Virus record (IMG/VR): IMGVR_UViG_3300028048_000136
Span: 5,410-69,409 of that record
Strand: one strand, 5' to 3'
DNA: 64,000 nucleotides
Source: a virus
Taxonomy: Duplodnaviria > Caudoviricetes
Every line of letters begins with the position of its first letter. Within the stretch, counting starts at the first letter, position 1. Positions 19,443-28,895 of this stretch are shown here, in pieces. The notes beneath the pieces are model-generated. The model worked only from the letters and a program-made list of their open reading frames with translations, was not told the DNA's origin and searched no databases. The position numbers and the translations under genes were made by a program.

Positions 19443-19883
19443 ATGAAATTCATAAAAATTCTTGAAGCAAAAGAGGTCAAAAATCCATACACAGGAAAGA
19501 CTTTAGAAGTGTATAAAAATATGACATCTGTATTTCCAAATCCACATAATTTCGAAACTGTTTACAATCATAAAGATTTAAAGAAACCTTTAGGAACTCT
19601 TGTATTTGAGAAATCAAACGGATATATCGGTTGTGTAACTTTTGATAAAGGATATGACGGAAGTAACAAAACAGTCTTCGGTTTCTTCGTTTATCAACTA
19701 AAGAGCAACGGTAATCTTGACCTCAAAGGAAAAGTTTGGAGTTTAACACCTAATGAATTTAAGAATAAATTTCCAAAAGAAACGGATGCTGTTAAGTTCA
19801 TACAAGAGGTAAACCAAAAGTGCAATGGAAAGAAATTAGATGAATTAAATAGTATTATAGAAAAGATTTTTGAGAAATATTAA
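19443..19883 (+). CDS. Hypothetical protein with MKFIKILEA leader
   Basis: ORF with RBS; shared leader. Confidence 0.65.
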   Translation: MKFIKILEAKEVKNPYTGKTLEVYKNMTSVFPNPHNFETVYNHKDLKKPLGTLVFEKSNGYIGCVTFDKGYDGSNKTVFGFFVYQLKSNGNLDLKGKVWSLTPNEFKNKFPKETDAVKFIQEVNQKCNGKKLDELNSIIEKIFEKY

Positions 19884-19949
19884 AATAATTGAGGTATGGA
19901 GATTGATACCTCAATTTCATAAATTTTTAACTAAAAATCACTTATTTTT

Positions 19950-20022
19950 AAAAAGTTCTTATAAATCAAAGACTTAACTAAAATATTTGTTTCACTAAGT
20001 TATTGATTTATAAGAACTTTTT
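19950..20022. repeat. Long palindromic element, copy 1 (inverted relative to copies 2 and 3)
   Basis: aaaaagttcttataaatcaa...ttgatttataagaacttttt. Confidence 0.85.
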
Positions 20023-20059
20023 AAAAAACTGTATAATTATTCAAGAAAATGGTGCAAAA

Positions 20060-20305
20060 ATGTTAAAATTGATTTGTTGTTGGATTTACGCTTTTCTTAC
20101 CATAAGAAATGTAAGAGAATGTTCTTTAAGAATTGTTGGAGAAACTGCTTGTGATGAAAACGCCATTTTTATGATGTCGTTTCAGAGTTTTGGGTTTAAA
20201 AACTATGTCTATTTGAACTCTGCTCAAATGGAAAAGTTATTTGAACTATGGAAATCAAGAAAAAAATTGTATAAACAATGTGCAGTAAATCACAATTGTA
20301 ATTAA
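20060..20305 (+). CDS. Hypothetical protein
   Basis: ORF; start moved to ATG 20060. Confidence 0.4.
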   Translation: MLKLICCWIYAFLTIRNVRECSLRIVGETACDENAIFMMSFQSFGFKNYVYLNSAQMEKLFELWKSRKKLYKQCAVNHNCN

Positions 20306-20373
20306 AATTGTTGCTTTCTTTATATAAAGATTATATAATTAATTTGTAAGTTAAAAAAAGAGAGGAAAGAAAA

Positions 20374-20574
20374 ATGAAAAAAGTTTGTGAAAACATTGTT
20401 AATGCCTGTTCTGTTGTAATGCTCGCAGACCCAGGTGATAAGAAAATTTGTAGAGCAAATCTTAAAAGTGCTCGTGCTCTTTTAAAAATTCTTAATAAGG
20501 GTAAACCATTAAACGATAAGCAGTTTAATGAGCTAATGCGTTTATATTCCCACGTTAATACTTGGGGTTTTTAA
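20374..20574 (+). CDS. Hypothetical early protein
   Basis: TTGCTT...TATAAT promoter and GAGAGG RBS upstream, terminator downstream. Confidence 0.6.
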   Translation: MKKVCENIVNACSVVMLADPGDKKICRANLKSARALLKILNKGKPLNDKQFNELMRLYSHVNTWGF

Positions 20575-20625
20575 AGTCTTATAAAGTCCTCTGAACGAGG
20601 ACTTTTTTATGAGCCTAAAGGCCAT

Positions 20626-22380
20626 TTACAATTTTAAAAGTTTGTCAACAAGACTTCCTGACTCCTCGGAAGAGTGATCTGTAATATCAAAACCACCAGC
20701 GCCGGAAGTTTCATCATCAGAACTTTCCTCTTCAGGACTTTCTTCATCATAACCTTCCTCATCAGAGTCTCCATCGTTAAATTCGTCTTTGTCAATGAAT
20801 AGACCTGGTGCCAAATCGCTTGGTTTTGCTGGATTACCTTCAGCATCCATTTGACCAGTAAGACCGTATTCATTACCAACTTCAAGGTCTGCCATTTTAT
20901 AGAACAGGTCGAATTTATGGGATTTCTTTTCACTCTCAATACTTTCCATTTGTTCATCAATTTCGGCATCCGTTAAACCAAAACATCTTTTAATAAGCTC
21001 CCTAAATGAGAAAACTGTGCCACCAACACCTGCTGATTTAAAGGAGTCCCAGTTTTCAATTTTGTTCTTAAACAGTTCGGTTTTCATTTTTTCAATAAAT
21101 AAATTTTCGTTTGAGAAAACAACGTTGATATTATCTTGGTAGGTTTCCCATTCTGCTTCTTTCATTACACCTGTTGAGATAACTTGGCGCTTTAAAATAT
21201 CTTTGAAAAATGCTGAATAAACCTTTCTTATTCTTGAAATAAATGTTAAAAATCTAATGTCTTCCTGCGAAATTTCGGTTGTATCTATACTAAAAGTATG
21301 ATTGGCGTCAGGGTCAATATCAAGTCTTGAAGTAGGGATATTGAGAGCACGATAAAGTTTTTTGTTAAAGTACAGAATATCAGTTAATTCACCTAGGTTA
21401 CCAGTTTCATCGAGGGTGTTTACTTCTGTTCCTCTTGAACCTGATCTGTTAGCAAACCAATAATCTTCAACTAAAGAAGTGATGTGCTGTTGGTTTGAAA
21501 TCTCACCAGTTTCGTTGTTGTAAAACTTGCGGTACTTGAATTTATTCTGTATCTGTTCCATATATTCAGCACCACGTTTTGCTGGCAAGTCACCAATATC
21601 AACATTGAAAATACGCCTTGATATGGAACGAGAAAATCTTAAAGGCAATAATAAATCTTCTAAAGATTTAAGAATGTTAGCTGTTTTAATAGCGTACTCA
21701 AGATAAGATAAACATAACCAATCCTGATAAAGTCCGAAATCCATTCTTGCAATTTCTTCAGGTGCGTAAGTTTCATCAACCGAAGGATTGAAATACAGAG
21801 TGTTCATAGCATTCATTGAATACTTGTAAACTTTATCTTGGAAATCAAAGTACAATCCGCAAGGTTCAATAATTCTCAACTTTTGAATACCTTTCTTTAA
21901 ACCTTTAGGATCATACTCACAATGTACAATCATTTGACCATCAATATATGAGCGCTTAATAATATCAAAAAGATTTTTATCAATATTTCCTATTTTGATA
22001 ATGTCATCAAAACATTTATTGAGGGCTGCTGATAATTGGTCATTATCAAGATTGACATCAAGCTTTAACGAGGTATTTTCATAAGAAAAAATAACCTCAT
22101 TGGCAATAATGTCAAGAGCACCAGTAACTTCTGGTTGATTAGCAATGTTTCTATAAGTTCTTATTTTTTCCATTTGTTTTAGGCACATTTCTTCCTGTGT
22201 CATTTCTCCAAATGGCATAAAAAAGTTTTCTTCTTGGTAATCAAAGAAATCGGTAAGTCTTAAATAACCATTTTCATCGGAAAGGTTATTCATTACATTT
22301 TGAGGATTAACCCTTGAACTTACACGTGCCTTCTTATGAGGTTTGAAAAAACTTTTAACTTTTTCATTTAAAATTGGCAT
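20626..22380 (-). CDS. gp20: Portal protein
   Basis: 'LEDLLLPLRFSRSISRRIFNVDIGDLP...EDYWF.NRSG.RGTEV.TL'. Confidence 0.95.
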   Translation of the reverse strand: MPILNEKVKSFFKPHKKARVSSRVNPQNVMNNLSDENGYLRLTDFFDYQEENFFMPFGEMTQEEMCLKQMEKIRTYRNIANQPEVTGALDIIANEVIFSYENTSLKLDVNLDNDQLSAALNKCFDDIIKIGNIDKNLFDIIKRSYIDGQMIVHCEYDPKGLKKGIQKLRIIEPCGLYFDFQDKVYKYSMNAMNTLYFNPSVDETYAPEEIARMDFGLYQDWLCLSYLEYAIKTANILKSLEDLLLPLRFSRSISRRIFNVDIGDLPAKRGAEYMEQIQNKFKYRKFYNNETGEISNQQHITSLVEDYWFANRSGSRGTEVNTLDETGNLGELTDILYFNKKLYRALNIPTSRLDIDPDANHTFSIDTTEISQEDIRFLTFISRIRKVYSAFFKDILKRQVISTGVMKEAEWETYQDNINVVFSNENLFIEKMKTELFKNKIENWDSFKSAGVGGTVFSFRELIKRCFGLTDAEIDEQMESIESEKKSHKFDLFYKMADLEVGNEYGLTGQMDAEGNPAKPSDLAPGLFIDKDEFNDGDSDEEGYDEESPEEESSDDETSGAGGFDITDHSSEESGSLVDKLLKL

Positions 22381-22445
22381 TTTGTAATTTCCTATATTGA
22401 AATTCTTTTGTATTTATCATATAATTATAATGTAAGGAGAAATAA

Positions 22446-23423
22446 ATGTTAAATCCGATAGATGTAAGATATTTTAAATTAGCAGTTGGCGAAAGCAGAA
22501 TTAAACATATTGGTTCCGATGACATTACAGTTAGATGTCCGATATGCGGAGACTCTCAAAAGTCAAAGAATAAAGCACGTATGCACCTTTATAGACGAGG
22601 GGATAAAGCACTTGTAAACTGTTTTAATGAATGTTCCTGCGTTAATAAAAGTATGTATAGGTTCCTTAAAGATTATTATCCTAATCTTTTGGATGCCTAC
22701 AAACAGGAAACATTTGGAGAAAGACTTGAGCAAGCAAAAAGTCTTGACTTCTCTGGCTTTAGCTCATTTGACATTAAAACTGAAATTCAAGAGGGTCCTA
22801 AAGTATTGTTTGACTTGAGTCAATATTTTAAGAAATCCTCCTCGGTATTTGACTACATCGAAAAAAGAGGTCTTGAATGGCACCCTAACTTAGGTGATGT
22901 TTTTCTTGGATCAAAAATAACTATTGACGGAAAATTTTTTAATATTGATAATTATATTATTATTCCGTTGATGTTTAATGACAAATGGTATGGGTTTTAT
23001 TCACGTAGTTTGACTGAACATAAATTCCAAACATTTATTCCAGAGGCTAATAATGGTTGGAAACTCTGGAACTATTTTAACATTGATAAATCAAAACCTG
23101 TTTATGTGTTTGAGGGTATTTTTGACGCCTTAAGTGCTTACAATTCTGGTATTACTAATGTTGTTGCTTGTCTTGGTGCAACACCACCAAATGAAAGACT
23201 TGAAGGTCTTGATGTCGTATTCTGTTTAGACAACGATAGGACAGGTTATTTGAACTCTATAAAGTATCTAAAAATGGGTTATAAAGCATTGTGTTATCCT
23301 GACAGCATAAAAGAAAAAGATATGAATGATATTTTTAATTCAGGAGTTAATGTTAAGGACTTAATTTTAAATAATATTGTTAGTGGTATTTTAGGTGAAA
23401 TAAAAATAAAATCAAAATTATAA
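22446..23423 (+). CDS. gp61: DNA primase
   Basis: CPICGDS zinc finger, TOPRIM 'FEGIFDA', 'DND', 'KDMND'. Confidence 0.92.
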   Translation: MLNPIDVRYFKLAVGESRIKHIGSDDITVRCPICGDSQKSKNKARMHLYRRGDKALVNCFNECSCVNKSMYRFLKDYYPNLLDAYKQETFGERLEQAKSLDFSGFSSFDIKTEIQEGPKVLFDLSQYFKKSSSVFDYIEKRGLEWHPNLGDVFLGSKITIDGKFFNIDNYIIIPLMFNDKWYGFYSRSLTEHKFQTFIPEANNGWKLWNYFNIDKSKPVYVFEGIFDALSAYNSGITNVVACLGATPPNERLEGLDVVFCLDNDRTGYLNSIKYLKMGYKALCYPDSIKEKDMNDIFNSGVNVKDLILNNIVSGILGEIKIKSKL

Positions 23424-23429
23424 AAGTTG

Positions 23430-23458
23430 TTGACTTTATAATATTAATGATATATAAT
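23430..23458 (+). promoter_or_regulatory. Sigma70 early promoter
   Basis: TTGACT-17-TATAAT. Confidence 0.75.
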
Positions 23459-23515
23459 TAAGTATGTGATTTGAATAAAATCATTTTGTTTTAAATTTTT
23501 AAGAAGGAAAAAGAA

Positions 23516-23929
23516 ATGACATTAATTCGTTTTTCAAATGGTGTTTACGTTAATATCGAAAAGGTATCAAGTATTAAGATCTTAGAAAAGAGATTAATTC
23601 TTAATATGAATTATACTATTTTTAAGAATGGATCTTATATTCCAGATTATGTGTACGTTGATGACTACAACGAGGACGATGTAAAGGCAATCGAAACCAA
23701 CCCTTATGTTATTGGAAGATTTATTATTTCAGGTAACATTTTAATCAATTCTGATAGCATTTCAAATATTAAGGTAAATGGTGATCGCTCTATTATCAAT
23801 ATGACCAATGCTCATACATACAATTTAAATATTGGTAAGAATGATGAAGTTCGCACTAAGAAAGCTGTTATGGCAGAATATATTACAGTAGATACTTCAG
23901 TCATCGCTAAAATTTTACCTAAGGAGTAA
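23516..23929 (+). CDS. Hypothetical protein with internal duplication
   Basis: 'VNIEKVSSIKI' and 'INSDSISNIKV' halves. Confidence 0.55.
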   Translation: MTLIRFSNGVYVNIEKVSSIKILEKRLILNMNYTIFKNGSYIPDYVYVDDYNEDDVKAIETNPYVIGRFIISGNILINSDSISNIKVNGDRSIINMTNAHTYNLNIGKNDEVRTKKAVMAEYITVDTSVIAKILPKE

Positions 23930-23932
23930 TCA

Positions 23933-24229
23933 ATGGAAGCATTACAGACTATTGACAACGAAGGAGAAAAACTTGCCGTTGATTTTGGTAACCGTTATCT
24001 AAATTTAATGCTCCAGAGAAAACAACTATCAAAAGATGTAAGAGTATTACGAGCAGAATTTGAAGAACAGGGTTTGCCAACTGCCGATGTTATCAAGGCA
24101 TTAAACAAGATTAGAACTGATAAACGTGCAGGCGATGAAAAATTAGAACAGATTGAAAGATTTTCAGAATGGTTAAGAGGAAATCAGACAGTTGTTGACT
24201 CTTTAACTGAACTTGATGCAAAAAGTTAA
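23933..24229 (+). CDS. Small DNA-binding protein (DsbA/GapR-like)
   Basis: Helical pattern 'RKQLSKDVRVLRAEFEEQGL...KAL'; weak resemblance only. Confidence 0.4.
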   Translation: MEALQTIDNEGEKLAVDFGNRYLNLMLQRKQLSKDVRVLRAEFEEQGLPTADVIKALNKIRTDKRAGDEKLEQIERFSEWLRGNQTVVDSLTELDAKS

Positions 24230-24294
24230 TAAACTCCTAGTGTTAGTTGGGCGCTCTTTTGGGGCGCCCCTTTTTGATTATATACAGAGGAAAA

Positions 24295-25413
24295 ATGGAT
24301 TTATTAGAATATAAAAAAGAAGACTTAAACAAACTTTCAACGGAAGAACTTAAAAAACTTCTTGATGAGTGCAAAACTCAAGAAAATAAGTACCACGCTA
24401 TGGAGATGACAAAAAAGATTTTGATCAATTCTTTGTATGGTGCTCTTGCAAATAAAGGGTTCTCATTGTTTAATGAACTTATTGCCCAGTCTATTACTGG
24501 AAATGGAAGATTTTTCATTCAGTTAGGTGCTAAAAATATTGAAAACAAACTCCAGGAAATTTTAAAATCTGACAAACCTTATGTTACCTATGGCGATACC
24601 GACTCCGTTTATTACCAAATTGAACCAATTATGGAAAAAATTATTGAGAAAAATCCAAACAAAACAATAAATGAATACGTTGATTTGGCAGCCAAATTTG
24701 AGGAAAATGTTGTTGACCCAGTAATTCAAAATAGCATTTCTGAATTATCCGAAAAAATGAACTCTTATGATAAGTCATCTATAGGTGCTAAAAGAGAAAT
24801 TATTGCGGATAGTTGTATGTTTGTTGCAAAAAAGAAATACATTGCGAGAGTGAGAGACGCTGAAGGTGTAAGATACCCAGAAAATGATCCCCACATGAAG
24901 GTAATGGGTTTAGATCTTGCACGTTCGGCAACACCTAATTGGTGTAGAAAAAAACTTGAGGAATCCTTAAATGTTATTCTTGACAAATCAGAAGAAGAAT
25001 TGAAAGAATGGATCGGCAAAATCAAAAATGATTTTTTAAAGGCACCAATTTCTGACATTTGTATGTTTGGAAATGTTAGCCGTGTAGATTACTTTTTAGA
25101 GACCGACAAAGGTATACCTTGGATGTGCAAAGCAGGAATTATTTACAACCGTTATATTGAAAGAAATAAACTTGGCGGAAAGTACGTAAGTATAACTAAT
25201 AACACACCAGTAAAACTGTTATGTCTTTTAGAACCAAATCCATTTGGTTCCGATAGAATTGCCTATATTACTGATAACTTTGAAACCGAAGTTAAGGAAT
25301 ACATTGATTTTGACGAGCAGTTCAAGAAAGGATTTATGGATCCTTTAAACAATATGGTTAAAGCAATTAATTACAATATATACAACACTACCGCAGACCT
25401 CGAGGATTGGTAA
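24295..25413 (+). CDS. gp43: Family B DNA polymerase, C-terminal half only (gp43B-like)
   Basis: Motif B 'KKILINSLYGAL', motif C 'YGDTDS', 'KKKYIA'; no exonuclease or motif A. Confidence 0.9.
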   Translation: MDLLEYKKEDLNKLSTEELKKLLDECKTQENKYHAMEMTKKILINSLYGALANKGFSLFNELIAQSITGNGRFFIQLGAKNIENKLQEILKSDKPYVTYGDTDSVYYQIEPIMEKIIEKNPNKTINEYVDLAAKFEENVVDPVIQNSISELSEKMNSYDKSSIGAKREIIADSCMFVAKKKYIARVRDAEGVRYPENDPHMKVMGLDLARSATPNWCRKKLEESLNVILDKSEEELKEWIGKIKNDFLKAPISDICMFGNVSRVDYFLETDKGIPWMCKAGIIYNRYIERNKLGGKYVSITNNTPVKLLCLLEPNPFGSDRIAYITDNFETEVKEYIDFDEQFKKGFMDPLNNMVKAINYNIYNTTADLEDW

Positions 25414-26336
25414 TGAATTTAGAAGAGTTAATTTTAAGTGGAAATATTTCAAAAGCGTTGGAGTTGGTACATAACGACCAACTTCCTCCTGTGTTTGTTC
25501 CGAGCTACAAAAATAGAAAAGGAACATTTATTGATAAGATGGATCAAATTCCTAGTGAAGTCCATTTATTCATTTATGATGATGACAGAGACAATTATCC
25601 AGAGTCATTTCCTGAAAATGTCAATGTCCATATTATTCATAAAACCGAAAACTGGAAAGGGATACCATCAAAACGAAAGTATATGCTTGACTATGCTATA
25701 AAAACAAATATTCAAAAATACATTCAGCTTGATGACGACTACCTTTTTTATTGTAAATATCCTGTAAAAACAGAAAATGGAAATATTTTAGAAACCTGTT
25801 CCCTTTGGGATATGTTAAGGTTGCTAAACAGATTGACTGAAGGGTTCTCCAATGTTGCCATAGCAGGGTTTAGAAATGGTGCGAAAAAATATAAGTGGAA
25901 AAATATCTTCAAACCAAGATTAGTTCAATGTGCTTGCTGTGTATTAACTTTTACTGATGTAATTAAAAATGCGGGTGTTAATTACTGTGATGACACCTAT
26001 GGCGGTGAAGACACTCAATTTTCTTTAGACTGTTATTTAGCAGGATTAAAAGTATTAAATACTGATTTTGGTCCCGACTGTTATCCTGGTATTCCAGAGG
26101 GTGGCAAAAATAGTGTTGCCAGTGGAGTCGAAAAACAAAATGGTTTTGGAATGTACTTTTACGAGCGTTATAAGGGATTTGCAAAATTTGTAACCGATTT
26201 TAAGCACAATCGTTTTTGGGGTGCTATAAATTGGAACAATATAAAAAAGAATGATAACTCTTACAACGAGGAATTGTATAATGCTTGTGTAGAAAGAAAT
26301 GCAGAAAAAGTATTAAAAATATTAAAGAAAAATTGA
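25413..26336 (+). CDS. GT-A fold glycosyltransferase, probably DNA modifying
   Basis: 'FVPSYKNR...GIPSKR...QLDDD...EDTQFSL'; coupled to the polymerase gene. Confidence 0.6.
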   Translation: MNLEELILSGNISKALELVHNDQLPPVFVPSYKNRKGTFIDKMDQIPSEVHLFIYDDDRDNYPESFPENVNVHIIHKTENWKGIPSKRKYMLDYAIKTNIQKYIQLDDDYLFYCKYPVKTENGNILETCSLWDMLRLLNRLTEGFSNVAIAGFRNGAKKYKWKNIFKPRLVQCACCVLTFTDVIKNAGVNYCDDTYGGEDTQFSLDCYLAGLKVLNTDFGPDCYPGIPEGGKNSVASGVEKQNGFGMYFYERYKGFAKFVTDFKHNRFWGAINWNNIKKNDNSYNEELYNACVERNAEKVLKILKKN

Positions 26337-26393
26337 CATTTTAATAATATGTTATATAATAAAAATGTAAAGAATTTAAAATGAGGATTTGAA

Positions 26394-26684
26394 ATGTTTT
26401 GTGAAACATTGCCTAAAATTAATTTAATTGTTAGTAAAACTCCGATTGAGATAGGATTTAAATCATCAAAGATAAAAGAATTGGATATTATTGAAAAGCC
26501 AAAATTTATATTTTTTCAGTTAAAAGATTTAAAGAGAGGAAAGTTAAATTATAAGATGGATGTCCTTTGTACTACTGGAACCATTAAATTAGGGGATTTT
26601 GAAATGCAGGTTCCTAAATTTAGAGATGAGAAAAATTTAAAAATTTATGTTTATGATAATGCTTTGAGAATTGACTATGTTTAA
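26394..26684 (+). CDS. Hypothetical protein
   Basis: ORF after TTGACA-16-TATAAT promoter. Confidence 0.55.
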   Translation: MFCETLPKINLIVSKTPIEIGFKSSKIKELDIIEKPKFIFFQLKDLKRGKLNYKMDVLCTTGTIKLGDFEMQVPKFRDEKNLKIYVYDNALRIDYV

Positions 26685-27051
26685 TGTTTTTAAAAAATTA
26701 TTGGGTCGCTCAGAACTTACGGAAGAGGACATTTCTAAGGTTTCTGACTTTGTATTTTTGAGATGGTTAAGTGGAAATGCTGGACTTATTCAAGTTGCAA
26801 ACGTTTTTAATAAGTACCCAAAAATTCCACTTGAGTTGCAGTTAAAAATCGTTCAAAAAATCATTGCGGGAAGAATAAAATATATTCCATATCCTAAGTC
26901 CAGTAAAGAAGAACAGAATGACAAAGTAAATTATATTTCTGAATTTTTTGGAATTTCCCATTCTAAAGCATTGATGTATATGGAATTCATCTCAAAAGAA
27001 GATTTGGATTATATCGAAACAGCAATTAAATCAAAGGAAGGAAGATGTTAG
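26677..27051 (+). CDS. gp62: Clamp loader small subunit
   Basis: 'FVFLRWLSG...ANVFNKY...ISEFFGISHSKA'. Confidence 0.65.
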   Translation: MFNVFKKLLGRSELTEEDISKVSDFVFLRWLSGNAGLIQVANVFNKYPKIPLELQLKIVQKIIAGRIKYIPYPKSSKEEQNDKVNYISEFFGISHSKALMYMEFISKEDLDYIETAIKSKEGRC

Positions 27052-27938
27052 TTTTTTTACATAATGACCTTGATGCTATTGGTTGTGAAATGTGCATTGA
27101 TGAAATGCCATTTAAGGTTAATAAAAAATTTTATACAAATTATTCGGATTTTGAAGAAAAGGTCGATGAAATCATTAATTATTCGTTTGCCACAAGAGAT
27201 GATGAACTTTTAATTGCTGATTTGTCATTTGCTGAAAGACCAGACACATTGCAGAAACTCACAACTCATTTTAAATCGGTTTTACACATCGATCACCACC
27301 AATACCCTGATGATTTTTTTGAAAGAATTATTGGTAAAAACTACAAGCACAAAATAGATATAAACAGATGTGCCGCAAAAATATGTTATGATTTATTCGG
27401 TTTAAATAACGAAAATTTAAAAGTGTTATGTAGCATTATTGACTCTTACGACAGATGGGTTGTTAATTCTCCTTATTTTAAAAAAGGTCAGCAATTAAAC
27501 AAGTATTTTTGGAATGTTGAATGGGACCATTTTAAAGAGTTTAAAAACGGTGTACCTGAAGACTATACAAAGGTTGTTTCAGAAATTGAGGAAACCGAAA
27601 AGAGAGAAATTGCAGAGTTAAAAGAAAAAGGTTTTATTGTTAGAGCGAAATCTGGACCAAAAATTACATTTGTTTTTGGTTGGAAACATTTTAACCCTAT
27701 TTTGATTTCTGAAATGGAAGAGGGCCAAGATTTTGTCATAGGTGTTTATAAAAACATTTATAAAGTGCGTATTAAAGCAGGGGTGTTGAACCACGAGCAA
27801 TGCAGAGAATTGCAAATGCTTTTAACGGGAAATGTTACTGGTCACGATAATGCCTTTACTTTTGTAACGACAGAAAAATTGGAATTAGAATGTCAAATTA
27901 TTGCAGAAGCGATTAATACAGTCTCCGAAAAAATATAA
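27045..27938 (+). CDS. DHH-family phosphoesterase
   Basis: 'HNDLDAIG', 'IADLS', 'IDHH', 'GH..A'. Confidence 0.85.
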   Translation: MLVFLHNDLDAIGCEMCIDEMPFKVNKKFYTNYSDFEEKVDEIINYSFATRDDELLIADLSFAERPDTLQKLTTHFKSVLHIDHHQYPDDFFERIIGKNYKHKIDINRCAAKICYDLFGLNNENLKVLCSIIDSYDRWVVNSPYFKKGQQLNKYFWNVEWDHFKEFKNGVPEDYTKVVSEIEETEKREIAELKEKGFIVRAKSGPKITFVFGWKHFNPILISEMEEGQDFVIGVYKNIYKVRIKAGVLNHEQCRELQMLLTGNVTGHDNAFTFVTTEKLELECQIIAEAINTVSEKI

Positions 27939-27985
27939 ATATTTGAAAGAGTCTTTATGGCTCTTTTTGTAACCAAGGAGATAGT

Positions 27986-28534
27986 ATGGCTGATAATAAA
28001 TATAACAAAACGCAACAACTATCCGAAGGAGTTTATGTTTTAGAGGACGGAAATAAGTCTTGGGGTGGTGAAGTAAACCACAACTTTGAACTTTTAAATA
28101 CCGTTCTTGCAAAAAAGATCTTAACCGTAAAACAAGGTAAAAAAGTTTTAGGAACCTTTGACGGGAGATTAGACTCAACAATTGAAATTCCGGAACCAGA
28201 ATTTAAAAATTACAATATTAAATTCACTATGAACGGAGAAGAGATAGGGTCATTCAATAACTCCGAAGATGTTGTGGTTGATATTCCTTCGTCTCAACAA
28301 TTTTCTTTAACCCTCACACAGGATGGAGAAAATTTAGGAACTTTTGAAAATACTGTTGATACGGTCATTGATATTCCAAAACCAAACGCAGGCGAACTTA
28401 CTGTGAGTGTTGGAGGAGAGGTTTCGGGGTCTTTTAAATCAGACAAAAATTCAAACATTGATTTGAAATGCGCTGAAAAAGAAGATTTGGAAGGGTTATT
28501 TGTAGTACCTGAAACCGAGGATTCCGAAAACTAA
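27986..28534 (+). CDS. Virion fibre-like protein with four beta repeats
   Basis: Repeated 'LT..Q.G..LGTF......IDIP.P'; late-promoter motif upstream. Confidence 0.5.
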   Translation: MADNKYNKTQQLSEGVYVLEDGNKSWGGEVNHNFELLNTVLAKKILTVKQGKKVLGTFDGRLDSTIEIPEPEFKNYNIKFTMNGEEIGSFNNSEDVVVDIPSSQQFSLTLTQDGENLGTFENTVDTVIDIPKPNAGELTVSVGGEVSGSFKSDKNSNIDLKCAEKEDLEGLFVVPETEDSEN

Positions 28535-28683
28535 TTAAAAACTAGGAGCTCAATATGAATATTAATTCAAGAGAGCTCCTTAACTTAAAATCTTTTAGAA
28601 CCGAGTTTTCTGTGATAACTTCTTTACTGTCCAAAGATGGACAATTATTTTATATAAAAGGTTCTTTATTTAAAACTTCCAAA

Positions 28684-28824
28684 ATGTCTTTGCAAGAAAA
28701 GATTAATAATCTTAAGGATGCTTATAATCTTAAATTGTAAAATTTTGCTGACGCTCTTGGAATGTCTCCTCAGCAATTCTCCCCCCCCCCACATAAATTT
28801 TTATTTGTCACGATAATTATATAA
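28684..28824 (+). pseudogene. Xre/Cro-type HTH remnant with in-frame TAA and C10 tract
   Basis: MSLQEKINNLKDAYNLKL*NFADALGMSPQQFS. Confidence 0.5.
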
Positions 28825-28895
28825 TAATTGTGACAAACAGCAAAGAATAAATATTTCGATAAAAACAAATTATTTTTCGTAAATTTGTTTATAAA

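Noticed and set aside
28803-28836. Inverted repeat TTGTCAC...GTGACAA as a CRP site
   Set aside because: Half-site orientation and spacing do not fit; function unsupported
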